In this document: positions 38,461 to 49,108 of the stretch, in pieces
Layout of the letters: each line of letters starts with the position of its first letter
How positions within the stretch are numbered: position 1 is the first letter of the stretch
DNA from: the human T2T-CHM13v2.0 reference genome, Homo sapiens
NCBI GenBank assembly: GCA_009914755.4
Contig: CP068257.2
Location: forward strand, 44,384,001-44,448,000
Direction: 5' to 3'
Length of the DNA: 64,000 bases
Made by a program: the position numbers and the translations under genes
Notes under the pieces: generated by a model
What the model was told of the DNA's origin: nothing
The model's database searches: none
Seen by the model: the letters and a program-made list of their open reading frames with translations, nothing else

Positions 38461-40748
38461 TGAGGTGGGGCGGTTTGTTGCGGATGGTATGAGGGATCTT
38501 TTTGGGGTGATGGATGTCCTGATGATATGAGGGGTCTTTTTGGGGTGATGGATGTTACTGATGATATGAGGGATCTTTTTGGGGTGACAGATGCTGTGGA
38601 TGATATGAGGGATCTTTTTGGGGTGATGGATGTTACTGATATGAGGGATCTTTTTGGGGTGATGGATGTTACTGATATGAGGGATCTTTTTGGGGTGATG
38701 GATGTTACTGATGATATGAGGGATCTTTTTGGGGTGATGGATGTTACTGATGATATGAGGGGTCTTTTTGGGGTGATGGATGTTACTGATGATATGAGGG
38801 ATCTTTTTGGGGTGATGGATGTTACTGATGATATGAGGGGTCTTTTTGGGGTGACGGATGTTACTGATGATTTGAGGGGTCTTTTCGGGGTGATGGATGT
38901 TACTGATGATATGAGGGGTCTTTTTGGGGTGATGGATGTTACTGATGTGAGGGATCTTTTTGGGGTGACGGATGCTGCGGATGGTATGAGGGATCTTTTT
39001 CGGGTGATGGATGTTACTGATGATATGAGGGATCTTTTTGGGGTGATGGATGTTACTGATATGAGGGGTCTTTTTGGGGTGATGGATGTTACTGATGATA
39101 TGAGGGATCTTTTTGGGGTGACGGATGTTACTGATGATATAAGGGATCTTTTTAGGGTGACAGATGCTGCGGATGGTATGAGGGATCTTTTTGGGGCAAT
39201 GGATGTTACTGCTGATATGAGGGGTCTTTTTGGGTGATGCATGTTACTGATGATGTGAGGGATCTTTTTGGGGTGATGGATGCTGCGGATGGTATGAGGG
39301 GTCTTTTTGGGGTGATGGATGTTACTGATGATATGAAGGGTCTTTTTGGGGTGATGGATGTTACTGATGATATGAGGGATCTTTTTGGGGTGACGGATTT
39401 TACTGATGGTATGAGGGATTTTTTGGGGGTGATGGATGTTCTGATGATATGAGGGGTCTTTTTGGGGTGATGGATGTTACTGACGATATGAGGGATCTTT
39501 TTGGGGTGATGGATGCTGTGGATGATATGAGGGATCTTTTTGGGGTGATGGATGTTACTGATGATATTAGGGATCTTTTTGGGGTGACAGATGCTGTGGA
39601 TGATATGAGAGATCTTTTTGGGGTGATGGATGCTGCAGATTGTATGAGGGATCTTTTTGGGGTGATGGATGTTACTGATGATATGAGGGGTCTTTTTGGG
39701 GTGACGGATGTTACTGATGATATGAGGGGTCTTTTTGGGGTGATGGATGTTACTGATGATATGAGGGGTCTTTTTGGGGTGATGGATGTTACTGATGATA
39801 TGAGGGATCTTTTTGGGGTGACGCTGCGGATGGTATGAGGGGTCTTTTTCGGGTGATGGATGTTACTGATGATATGAGAGGTCTTTTTGAGGTGATGGAT
39901 GTTACTGATGATATGAGGGGTCTTTTTGGGGTGATGGATGTTACTGATGTGAGGGGTCTTTTTGGGGTGATGGATGTTACTGATGATATGAGGCATCTTT
40001 TTTGGGGTGACAGATGCTGCGGATGATATGAGGGATCTTTTTGGGGTGATGGATGTTACTGATGGTATGAAAGATCTTTTTGGGGTGATGGATGCTGCAG
40101 ATGGTATGAGGGATCTTTTTGGGGTGATGGATGTTACTGATATGAGGGATCTTTTTGGGGTGATGGATGTCACTGATAAGAGGGATCTTTCTGGGGTGAT
40201 GGATGCTGCAGATGATATGAGGGATCTTTTTGGGGTGATGGATGTTACTGCTGACATGAGGGGTCTTTTTGGGTGATGCATGTTACTGATGATATGAGGG
40301 ATCTTTTTGGGGTGACAGATGCTGCGGATGGTATGAGGGATCTTTTTGGGGTGATGGATGTTACTGATTATATGAGGGGACTTTTGGGGTCATGGATGTT
40401 ACTGATATGAGGGGTCTTTTTGGGGTGATGGATGCTGCAGATGGTATGAGGGATCTTTTTGGGGTGGTGGATGTTACTGATGATATGAGGGGTCTTTTTG
40501 GGGTGATGGATGTTACTGATGATATGAGGGGTCTTTTTGGGGTGATGGATGTTACTGATGATATGAAGGGTCTTTTTGGGGTGATGGATGTTACTGATGA
40601 TATGAGGGGTCTTTTGGGGTGATGGATGTTACTGATGATATGAGGGATCTTTTTGGGGTGATGGATGTTACTGATGATATGAGGGGTCTTTTGGGGTGAT
40701 GGATGTTACTGATGATATGAGGGATCTTTTTGGAGTGATGGATGTTCT
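38461..40748. repeat. Large minisatellite (VNTR), 39-bp unit with 36- and 42-bp variants, ~58 copies over 2.29 kb (GATGATATGAGGGATCTTTTTGGGGTGATGGATGTTACT)
   Basis: Direct reading. Sub-variants include GATGCTGCGGATGGTATGAGG, GACAGATGCTGTGGATGATATGAGG and (G/A)GGGTC versus GGGATC. Because 39 bp is 13 codons, ORFs stay open on both strands (236 aa +; 282 and 293 aa minus with SVTSITPKRSLIS repeats). Confidence 0.95.
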
Positions 40749-43119
40749 CTGTCTTGATTGTGTTCATGGTCACACAGTTATATAAATTTGCCAGAACTCA
40801 TCAAGCTATACACTTTAAGTGGGTGCATCTTCCTGTATGTAAACGGCACCTCCCCAGAGATGATTCTTCAAAGCCCTCCTCCTTTTCTAACCTCCTCCTG
40901 GGCTTGCTGTAACTTTGTGGTCCCTGACAGCTGCACCCACCGCCCTCCATGCCCTCTACCCTGCTGACCAACTCCCCGTCCACCTTCTCCCAGTTGGCCC
41001 AGCTCAAGGGGCAGCCCCCTGCATCGAAAGCAGTTAGGGCCTCCTCCTCCGGCACCACCTGGGAAAAGGTGACTGTGGCCTCTGGAAAGGCTTCCTGGCT
41101 CCGGTTCCCAGGAAGAGGCATTTGCACTGCCTCCCTCCTCTGTCCCAGACAGCCCCAGGGCCTCTCGCTAAGCCCAGCTGGCCGAATCCGTGCAAAGCTC
41201 CTCTCCAAACCGACTTGAGTAACTTCTCTGGCTGAAAATGGGAAGCAGTTGCATAACCAGACATCTGCGGATCCAATTCCTGAGAAAATGTAGGCAGATG
41301 CGCCGGACAGTTAGGAGAGGCCCTGAGAAGATGAAGACACGGGCCGGAGGCCACACTTGGCCTGTCTCCCGTTGGCCTGACACATTTTGCAGCTGCTTAT
41401 CAGGGGGTTAGGAGAACGCTGAATAGGAGGCTGGGGAGGCCAATTCCACAGCGTATGACACACGCGTACCACTGCTTCCAAGGGAATTCATCAAACCAGT
41501 TCTTTGCGTAATCGCCTAATGCTTCCTCCTGGGGGAGGGGATTTGTTTATTGATCTTCTTCCCTTCCTATAGATCTGTTGTTCATAGGCATGAGGTGAAC
41601 ACGCGCATTTTCCAGCCAGGAGAACGTTCCGCTCAGCACGCACACCTGGAGACAGCCCAGCCCTGAGCAGGAAATGCCTGCTGGGCTTGAAGAGGGCTTC
41701 CTGGGGTGTGATGGATGATTGGGTTCTTTTTAAAGAATAGGAGGCCCCAGTCAGCTTTCCAAGTCCCACACAGAGGAGGTCGGGGGGACAGGCCCCTGGC
41801 CAGCTCCCATCCTGCTGTGGTCCCAGCACCCCCAGACCTCCCGGCAGCTGACCCAGACTCTTGGGACCTGGCACCCTCATCCCTGGAGGTCAACACTCCA
41901 ATGTCCGCTGGGCGTCTGACCTGGAGGACAGGGCTCCAAGGCACAGCCCATGGCTGAGAGTGAAGAAACGGCGCCCTCATGGCGGACCCTCCACCAAGCG
42001 GCCAGTGAACGAAGTGTGTTTGTACGGGAGGGCTTCCAGCCGCCGCGACCCCCACCATCGAGAAACCATCCTCTGGGCCCACCGCAGAACTCACTGTGCC
42101 CACAGCGGGGCTCTCTGGGGAGGGTCCTCGGAGCACAGTGGCGAGTGGACGGCACCCTGACCATCCCGGGCAGGCTTTCCAAACTCGGCTGGTGGACAGC
42201 TTCCCTGCTGGGTCCCTGAAGTGAGGCCAGGTCACCCACAAGCCAGGAGCATTGGCCGCACCCTGGCAGCCCTTGGCATCCTCTCTCATTGGGGCGTCAC
42301 GTTGTCCCAGGGAGCCAGGCTGGTGACACTGGGGTCTGGAAAGAGGGGCCTAGCCCTGTCACACACACTGTCAGCCCTCCAAGGTGGCACGGGGACGGCG
42401 AGGCCGACAGCTGCTTGTGCGGAACTGGGCTGGTCCCATCGGCTCTGGAATCAGACCCCCTGAGGCTTGGAAATAAGATGGACCGGGGTCAGGCGATGCT
42501 CAGTTGAAGGCAGACACCGCTCCCCACTTTGCTCCACAAGCACAAGCTCTTCCCAGCTAAGGCACAGCAGGGCAGGGGCCGCCAGGCACAGTGAAGGGGG
42601 CCAGGGCCTGCAGTCCCCCATCCAGAGCTGGGCAGGGAGCCGTGCAGGCTGCGAGGTGGGGTGGCTGCTGCAGCTCCCAAGGGGTCTGGTGTGGACTAGA
42701 GGGCGAGTGGAGAACCTGGGACCTCTGCAGGGCGCACAGCCATTTCCACACACAGCCCACTTCAGACCACTTGCTGCGGTGGTCACTGGTGGTCAGCCCA
42801 TAGCAAAGCGTCTGGCCCTGTGCCCCCACCCTGCCAGCACCAGGCTGGACAGTCCCCAGCGGCTGCACGGTGGCCTGGGCAGCTGTGATGGGAGAGGCCC
42901 CCACAGACGAGGCCCCAAGTCGGCTCCTGGCTCTGCCCTGGACCGGCTCTGGGTTCTCGAGAGGCTGGCCCAGCCCTGCGCTGCTCTGAGCCATGCGGAC
43001 CCCGTGGGGAGGACCCCATACTGCAGATCCCTCACCGGTAGCCCCCACTCCAGGCCAGACTGAAACACCGCGGTGGGCTCCTGGAGCACCCCCCACGCCC
43101 GGGGCTGGCTGGCCTGGGA

Positions 43120-43700
43120 GGAGGGGACACAAGAACTTGGGACGGCAGTTCTCAAAATGCAGTCTGGGGACCGCAGAGGTTCCTGAGATGCTCTGGGGGG
43201 TCTGTGAGGCCAAACTTATTTTGATGATGAAACTGACACATTATCCGTCTTTCTCATTCTCGCTCTCACGAATGTTCCAAGTACAAAACCCACGATGCAG
43301 TTTCAGATCTCACGTCCCAACAGACCTTTAAGACAGGACCGCTTGTTGTGTTTGGGGATCGAATCGAAGCTTATCCACAGTTATCTGAGAGGACTGCCGA
43401 GGCACTCCTCCCTCCAAGTGTGCGGTGAGGCCAGACTTTCCACAGATTTGCCCAAAACCCCATTGCAGTGGCTTGAACACAGAAGCAGCTCCGAGAACCA
43501 GCTGTCTCCCGTGAAGCCAGACACCGAACAGACTGGAAAAGGGAAAAACAGTGCATATTCCTCACAGATCTTCCGTTCGGGAAACGATAATTTAATTGTT
43601 TTAATTAAAAACATAATATGTGAAAATGTAGTGGGTTTATCCTTGTTAATGTGAAACGGATCGATACATCAGTATTTTTGGATTTCTGTTTTAATTTCTG
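43120..43700. mobile_element. Possible ancient DNA-transposon-like (hAT-type) fragment. Unusually CpG-rich unique segment
   Basis: Begins GGCAGTTCTCAAAATGCAGTCTGGGGACCGCAGAGGTTCC, which resembles the CAGTGGTTCTCAAA-type hAT terminal motif. The interior is AT-rich but contains many CpGs (TCGAATCGAAGC, TTCCGTTCGGGAAACGATAA, AACGGATCGATAC). Assignment uncertain. Confidence 0.25.
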
Positions 43701-44704
43701 ATATAATCAATGTTGATAGACATAACTTGTGCAAACAAAGCTCTTCACGGTCTCCCAAGATCTGTGGGTGTGGGGTGGGATCGTGAGACCACAGTGTGGG
43801 GAGCAGGTCCCTCGGTCACCGTCCAGGCTCGGCAGCCCCTCGGCACGGGGCATCCGCGTCCAGAGTCCTACAAGAAGGAGCCTCAGAGAACAGAGCCCCT
43901 GGCGCCCCAGCGTGAGAAGCTTCCAATGCTTTCTCAGCATCTTTTTCCAGATAAAAATGCCAGCCCTTCCTCTCCAAAGATCTGAACCGCCTAGGGTTTT
44001 CTTGGCCTGGCATCACGCCTTCCCTCATCCGGCACCAACCCTTCCCTCCCGTCTCTATGGTTTCTCCCGCTCTTTATCCTCACAGCCCTGTGGAAAGACA
44101 TGGTCTGTGTGCCTGGAAAACGATGCAAGGCCGTGGTGCCTGTGACGTCCTCAGACTCACACCCCAATGCGGGGGACTGAACGTTTGTGTTCTCCCCAGT
44201 TCACAGGTTGAAGGCCTTGCCCCCAGTGCAGCTGTGTCTGGACACTGGGCCTCTGGGAAGTGATGATGGTTAAATGATGTCAGGAGGATGGAGCCCGGGT
44301 CGGCTACGGCTGTGGCCCCAGTGACGCCGGTGTACTCAGGCGCCTGCCAGCTGGGAAGAGGCCTCACCAAGCCCAGCCCTGCAGCACCTTGGCCTTGGCC
44401 TTCCAGCCTCCGGATGCGAGAGGATAAATGTCTCCTGCTGAAGCCGCCAGGTCTGTGTTCTCCTTGTGGCTGCAGCAGCCGCACTAAGACACTGGCCACA
44501 CCTGGTTTCTCCACAGCCGCTGCAGCCACGAGGAGAAGGCCACCCTCTCGCGTTCAAACACAGGTGCTTTTTAATTTCCATAGTCAATTGCGTCAAGGTG
44601 TAACTTACATAAGAGAAAGTGCAGATCGTAAGGGTTAGACTTCGATGCCTTCTTGCAGGTGCACCCACCGTGGAACCACAGCCACAGTGGAGCTGTGGAA
44701 TGTG

Positions 44705-45286
44705 CCCGTCACCCACAGCCCGCCTCTGAGTCACTGCCATCACCCACAGCCCTGCCCTGACCCACAGCCTGCGTCTCAGTCACTGCCCATCACCCACAGC
44801 CCTGCGTCTCAGTCACTGCCCGTCACCCACAGCCCTGCCTCTCAGTCCCTGCCGTCACCCACAGCCCTGCCTCTCAGTCCCTGCCATCACCCACAGCCCT
44901 GCCTCTCAGTCACTGCCCGTCACCCGCAGCCCTGCCTCTCAGTCACTGCCCGTCACCCACAGCCCTGCCTCTCAGTCCCTGCCGTCACCCACAACCCTGC
45001 CTCTCAGTCACTGCCCGTCACCCACAGCCCTGCCTCTCAGTCCCTGCCCGTCACCCACAGCCCTGCCTCTCAGTCCCTGCTGTCACCCACAGCCCTGCCT
45101 CTCAGTCACTGCCCGTCACCCACAGCCCTGCCTCTCAGTCACTGCCCGTCACCCACAGCCCTGCCTCTCAGTCACTGCCCGTCACCCACAGCCCTGCCTC
45201 TCAGTCCCTGCCGTCACCCACAGCCCTGCCTCTCAGTCACTGCCCGTCACCCACAGCCCTGCCTCTCAGTCCCTGCCGTCACCCTG
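44705..45286. repeat. Minisatellite, 33-bp unit x ~17 (CACCCACAGCCCTGCCTCTCAGTCACTGCCCGT with CCCTGCCGT variants)
   Basis: Direct reading. The 284-aa + ORF (PASQSLPVTHS repeats; 33 bp = 11 codons) is a repeat translation. Confidence 0.95.
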
Positions 45287-45785
45287 GCTGCTCCTGGAGT
45301 TGCACAGAAATGGAATTGTGTGCTTGGATGCCTCCGTGCCCAGCCCCTGTCCCTCCGCGATTCCTCCTTGCTGCTTTGCGGAGCAGTTGTTGGCCGCTCA
45401 CAGCTGGGCAGGGCCTGTCCTGGCAACAGACCCCTCCTGCTGCGGTGGTTCCCTCGGTGGTGGACGGGGCTGTCGGCACATTTTAGCTGTCACCAATAAA
45501 GCTGCTGTGAACATCCCTGTACACGTCGTTGTGTGGAATGAGTTTGGTGTGTCTTAGGGAACTCCTTGGGAGTGGAATGCCTGAGTCACCAGGTGAGGAC
45601 AAACTCAGCCTTTTATGAAACTGCCAAGTGGTTGTGACACTTAAACTCCCACCAGCACTGTGTCATCGTCTGGCAGCCCTGCAACCCCCCAACGTCTGGT
45701 ATCTTTTTAATTTGAGATGTTCCAGTGGGTATGTATTGGTGTGTCACCGTGGTTTTAATTCGCGTTAAATTAACTACTTGGGCTA

Positions 45786-45812
45786 CACACACACACACAC
45801 ACACACGCACGC
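45786..45812. repeat. (CA)n microsatellite, ~11 units then CGCACGCA
   Basis: ACACACACACACACACACACGCACGCA. Confidence 0.9.
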
Positions 45813-46111
45813 ATATATTTGTTATTATACCAATACCACGGTCTTATTTACTATAGCTTTATAGTAAGTCTTAAAATTAAGTAGTTTAAAACATACAACT
45901 TTGTTCTAAGATTACTTTATTCAAAGCCTTTTGAATTACCATATACATATTAGAATCAGCTTTTTGATGTCCATGAAAAAGACACTGATTGGCATCACAT
46001 TAAATCCAAATATCAAAGATTTAATGAGTTTTGAGGAAAAACTCTAAGCTTAAAAAGTAGGGTTTCCTAATTCGTGAATACAATATATTTCTCTACTTTT
46101 TAGGTCTTTAA

Positions 46112-46465
<354 letters not shown>

Positions 46466-46892
46466 TATTTTCTTAGATTTATCCCTAAGTAATACATTTT
46501 CTTTGATGCTATTGTAAGGCCTTTCTTTGATGCTACAATAAGTCCTTTTAAATTTCTCATTTTCCAGTTATTCACTTTCACTGCCAGAATATGCGATGGG
46601 CTCTCGGGTATGCAGTGTGCCAGTCAGCCCCACCCTGACACAGCGGAGCAGAGAGAGACGGTCCTGACGGAGCAGGCCAGGGATCAGCACCGCCCACTGG
46701 GCCTCTGACCCCTCTGACCCATGACCTCCAAGCCCTGCGGTCAGTCTGTGCCGAGGCCCAGTCTGTGCTGGAGCCCTCCCTGCAGCCCCCTCTGGCAGGA
46801 CTTCAGAGGGATCCCCAGCTCCTGGCCCACATGTCCGCATCTGGCCCAAACACACATTCCTTTCGCCACTCTCCTCTGAATGGAATCTGGCT

Positions 46893-48444
46893 TGCCCCGC
46901 ACAGCCTCTGCCTCCCTCTGCCCCGCACAGCACCCTCCCTCCCTCTGCCCCGCATAGACCCTCCCTCCCTCTGCCCCGCACAGCCCCCCTCCCTCCCTCT
47001 GCCCCGCACAGCCCCCCTCCCTCCCTCTGCCCCGCATAGACCCTGCCTCCCTCTGCCCTGCACAGCCCCCTCCCTCCCTCTGCCCTGCACAGCCCCTCCC
47101 TCCCTCCGCCTCACACAGGCCCCCTCCCTCCCTCTGCCCCGCACAGCCCCCTCCCTCCCTCTGCCCCGCGCAGCCCCCTCCCTCCCTCTGCCCCGCACAG
47201 CCCCCCTCCCTCCCTCTGCCCCCCGCAGCCCCCTCCCTCCCTCTGCCCTGCACAGCCCCCTCCCTCCCTCTGCCCCGCACAGGCCCCCTCCCTCCCTCTG
47301 CCCCGCACAGCCCCCTCCCTCCCTCTGCCCCGCACAGCCCCCTCCCTCCCTCTGCCCCGCACAGGCCCCCTCCCTCCCTCTGCCCCCCGCAGCCCCCTCC
47401 CTCCCTCTGCCCCGCACAGCCCCCTCCCTCCCTCTGCCCCGCACAGGCCCCCTCCCTTCCTCTGCCCCACGCAGCCCCCTCCCTCCCTCTGCCCTGCACA
47501 GGCCCCCTCCCTCCCTCTGCCCTGCATAGACCCTCCCTCCCTCTGCCCTGCACAGCCCCTCCCTCCCTCCGCCTCACACAGGCCCCCTCCCTCCCTCTGC
47601 CCCGCACAGCCCCCTCCCTCCCTCTGCCCCCCGCAGCCCCCTCCCTCCCTCTGCCCCGCACAGGCCCCCTCCCTCCCTCTGCCCCCCGCAGCCCCCTCCC
47701 TCCCTCTGCCCCGCACAGCCCCCTCCCTCCCTCTGCCCCGCACAGGCCCCCTCCCTTCCTCTGCCCCACGCAGCCCCCTCCCTCCCTCTGCCCTGCACAG
47801 GCCCCCTCCCTCCCTCTGCCCTGCATAGACCCTCCCTCCCTCTGCCCTGCACAGCCCCTCCCTCCCTCCGCCTCACACAGGCCCCCTCCCTCCCTCTGCC
47901 CCACGCAGCCCCCTCCCTCCCTCTGCCCCGCACAGCCCCCTCCCTCCCTCTGCCCCGCACAGCCCCCTCCCTCCCTCTGCCCTGCATAGACCCTCCCACC
48001 CTCTGCCCCACGCAGCCCCCTCCCACCCTCTGCCCCACGCAGCCCCCTCCCTCCCTCTGCCCCGCATAGACCCTCCCTCCCTCTGCCCTGCACAGGCCCC
48101 CTCCCTCCCTCTGCCCCGCATAGACCCTCCCTCCCTCTGCCCTGCACAGCCCCTCCCTCCCTCTGCCCTGCACAGCCCCTCCCTCCCTCCACCTCACACA
48201 GGCCCCCTCCCTCCCTCTGCCCCACGCAGCCCCCTCCCTCCCTCTGCCCCGCATAGACCCTCCCTCCCTCTGCCCTGCACAGGCCCCCTCCCTCCCTCTG
48301 CCCCGCATAGACCCTCCCTCCCTCTGCCCTGCACAGCCCCTCCCTCCCTCTGCCCTGCACAGCCCCTCCCTCCCTCCACCTCACACAGGCCCCCTCCCTC
48401 CCTCTGCCCCACGCAGCCCCCCTGCCTCCCTCTGCCCCGCACAG
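46893..48444. repeat. Large C-rich minisatellite (VNTR), ~30-bp unit x ~52 over 1.55 kb (CTCTGCCCCGCACAGCCCCCTCCCTCCCT with GCATAGACC, CCGCCTCACACAGGCC and CCACGCAGCC variants)
   Basis: Direct reading. The 547-aa and 210-244-aa minus-strand ORFs (GGRGREG and AEGGRGLCG repeats) and the 254-aa + ORF are repeat translations. Confidence 0.95.
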
Positions 48445-48859
48445 GGATCCTGCAGGTTCAGGGTGGAGTGGCCTAGCCCAAGCCCTCAGCCTTTCCTTGT
48501 GAGTCTGAGTGCCTTCTGAAGGGGCTGAGAACCGCTTAGTGGTCTGGACCCTCCCTTGGGGGCTTATGAGCCATCACACCTCGGTCCTGCCATGGAGACC
48601 TCCGGCTGACATCTCCTCAGAGCCTCCCTGGTGTCCAGAGCCCCAGCAGGCAGTGCTAAGCCGGCCACACTGAAGGCCAGGAGGCAGCGCACGGGGACGC
48701 TGGAGGAGCACCTGGTGAGCTGGGAGGCGAGGCCCTGGGACGGGACAAGTAGCAGACGTCTCAGCGCACACAGGCTCCTGCCGGACCCGGAGGGGCTCTC
48801 TGTTCCATGTGGTCCTCCAGGGATTCGGGCTCCTTGGCCCTGAGGGCTCTGCCCACCTA

Positions 48860-49108
<249 letters not shown>

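Noticed and set aside
38394-40281. 282-aa and 293-aa minus ORFs with SVTSITPKRSLIS repeats and the 236-aa + ORF
   Set aside because: These are translations of the 39-bp (13-codon) VNTR. Kept as a low-probability possibility in findings but not called as CDS
46741-48384. 547-aa minus-strand ORF, the longest in the track (GGRGREGLCGAEGGRG... repeats), plus the overlapping 210-254 aa ORFs
   Set aside because: It is a pure translation of the 30-bp C-rich VNTR. It has no complexity and no start context, and a 30-bp unit equals 10 codons so the frame never closes. Not a gene
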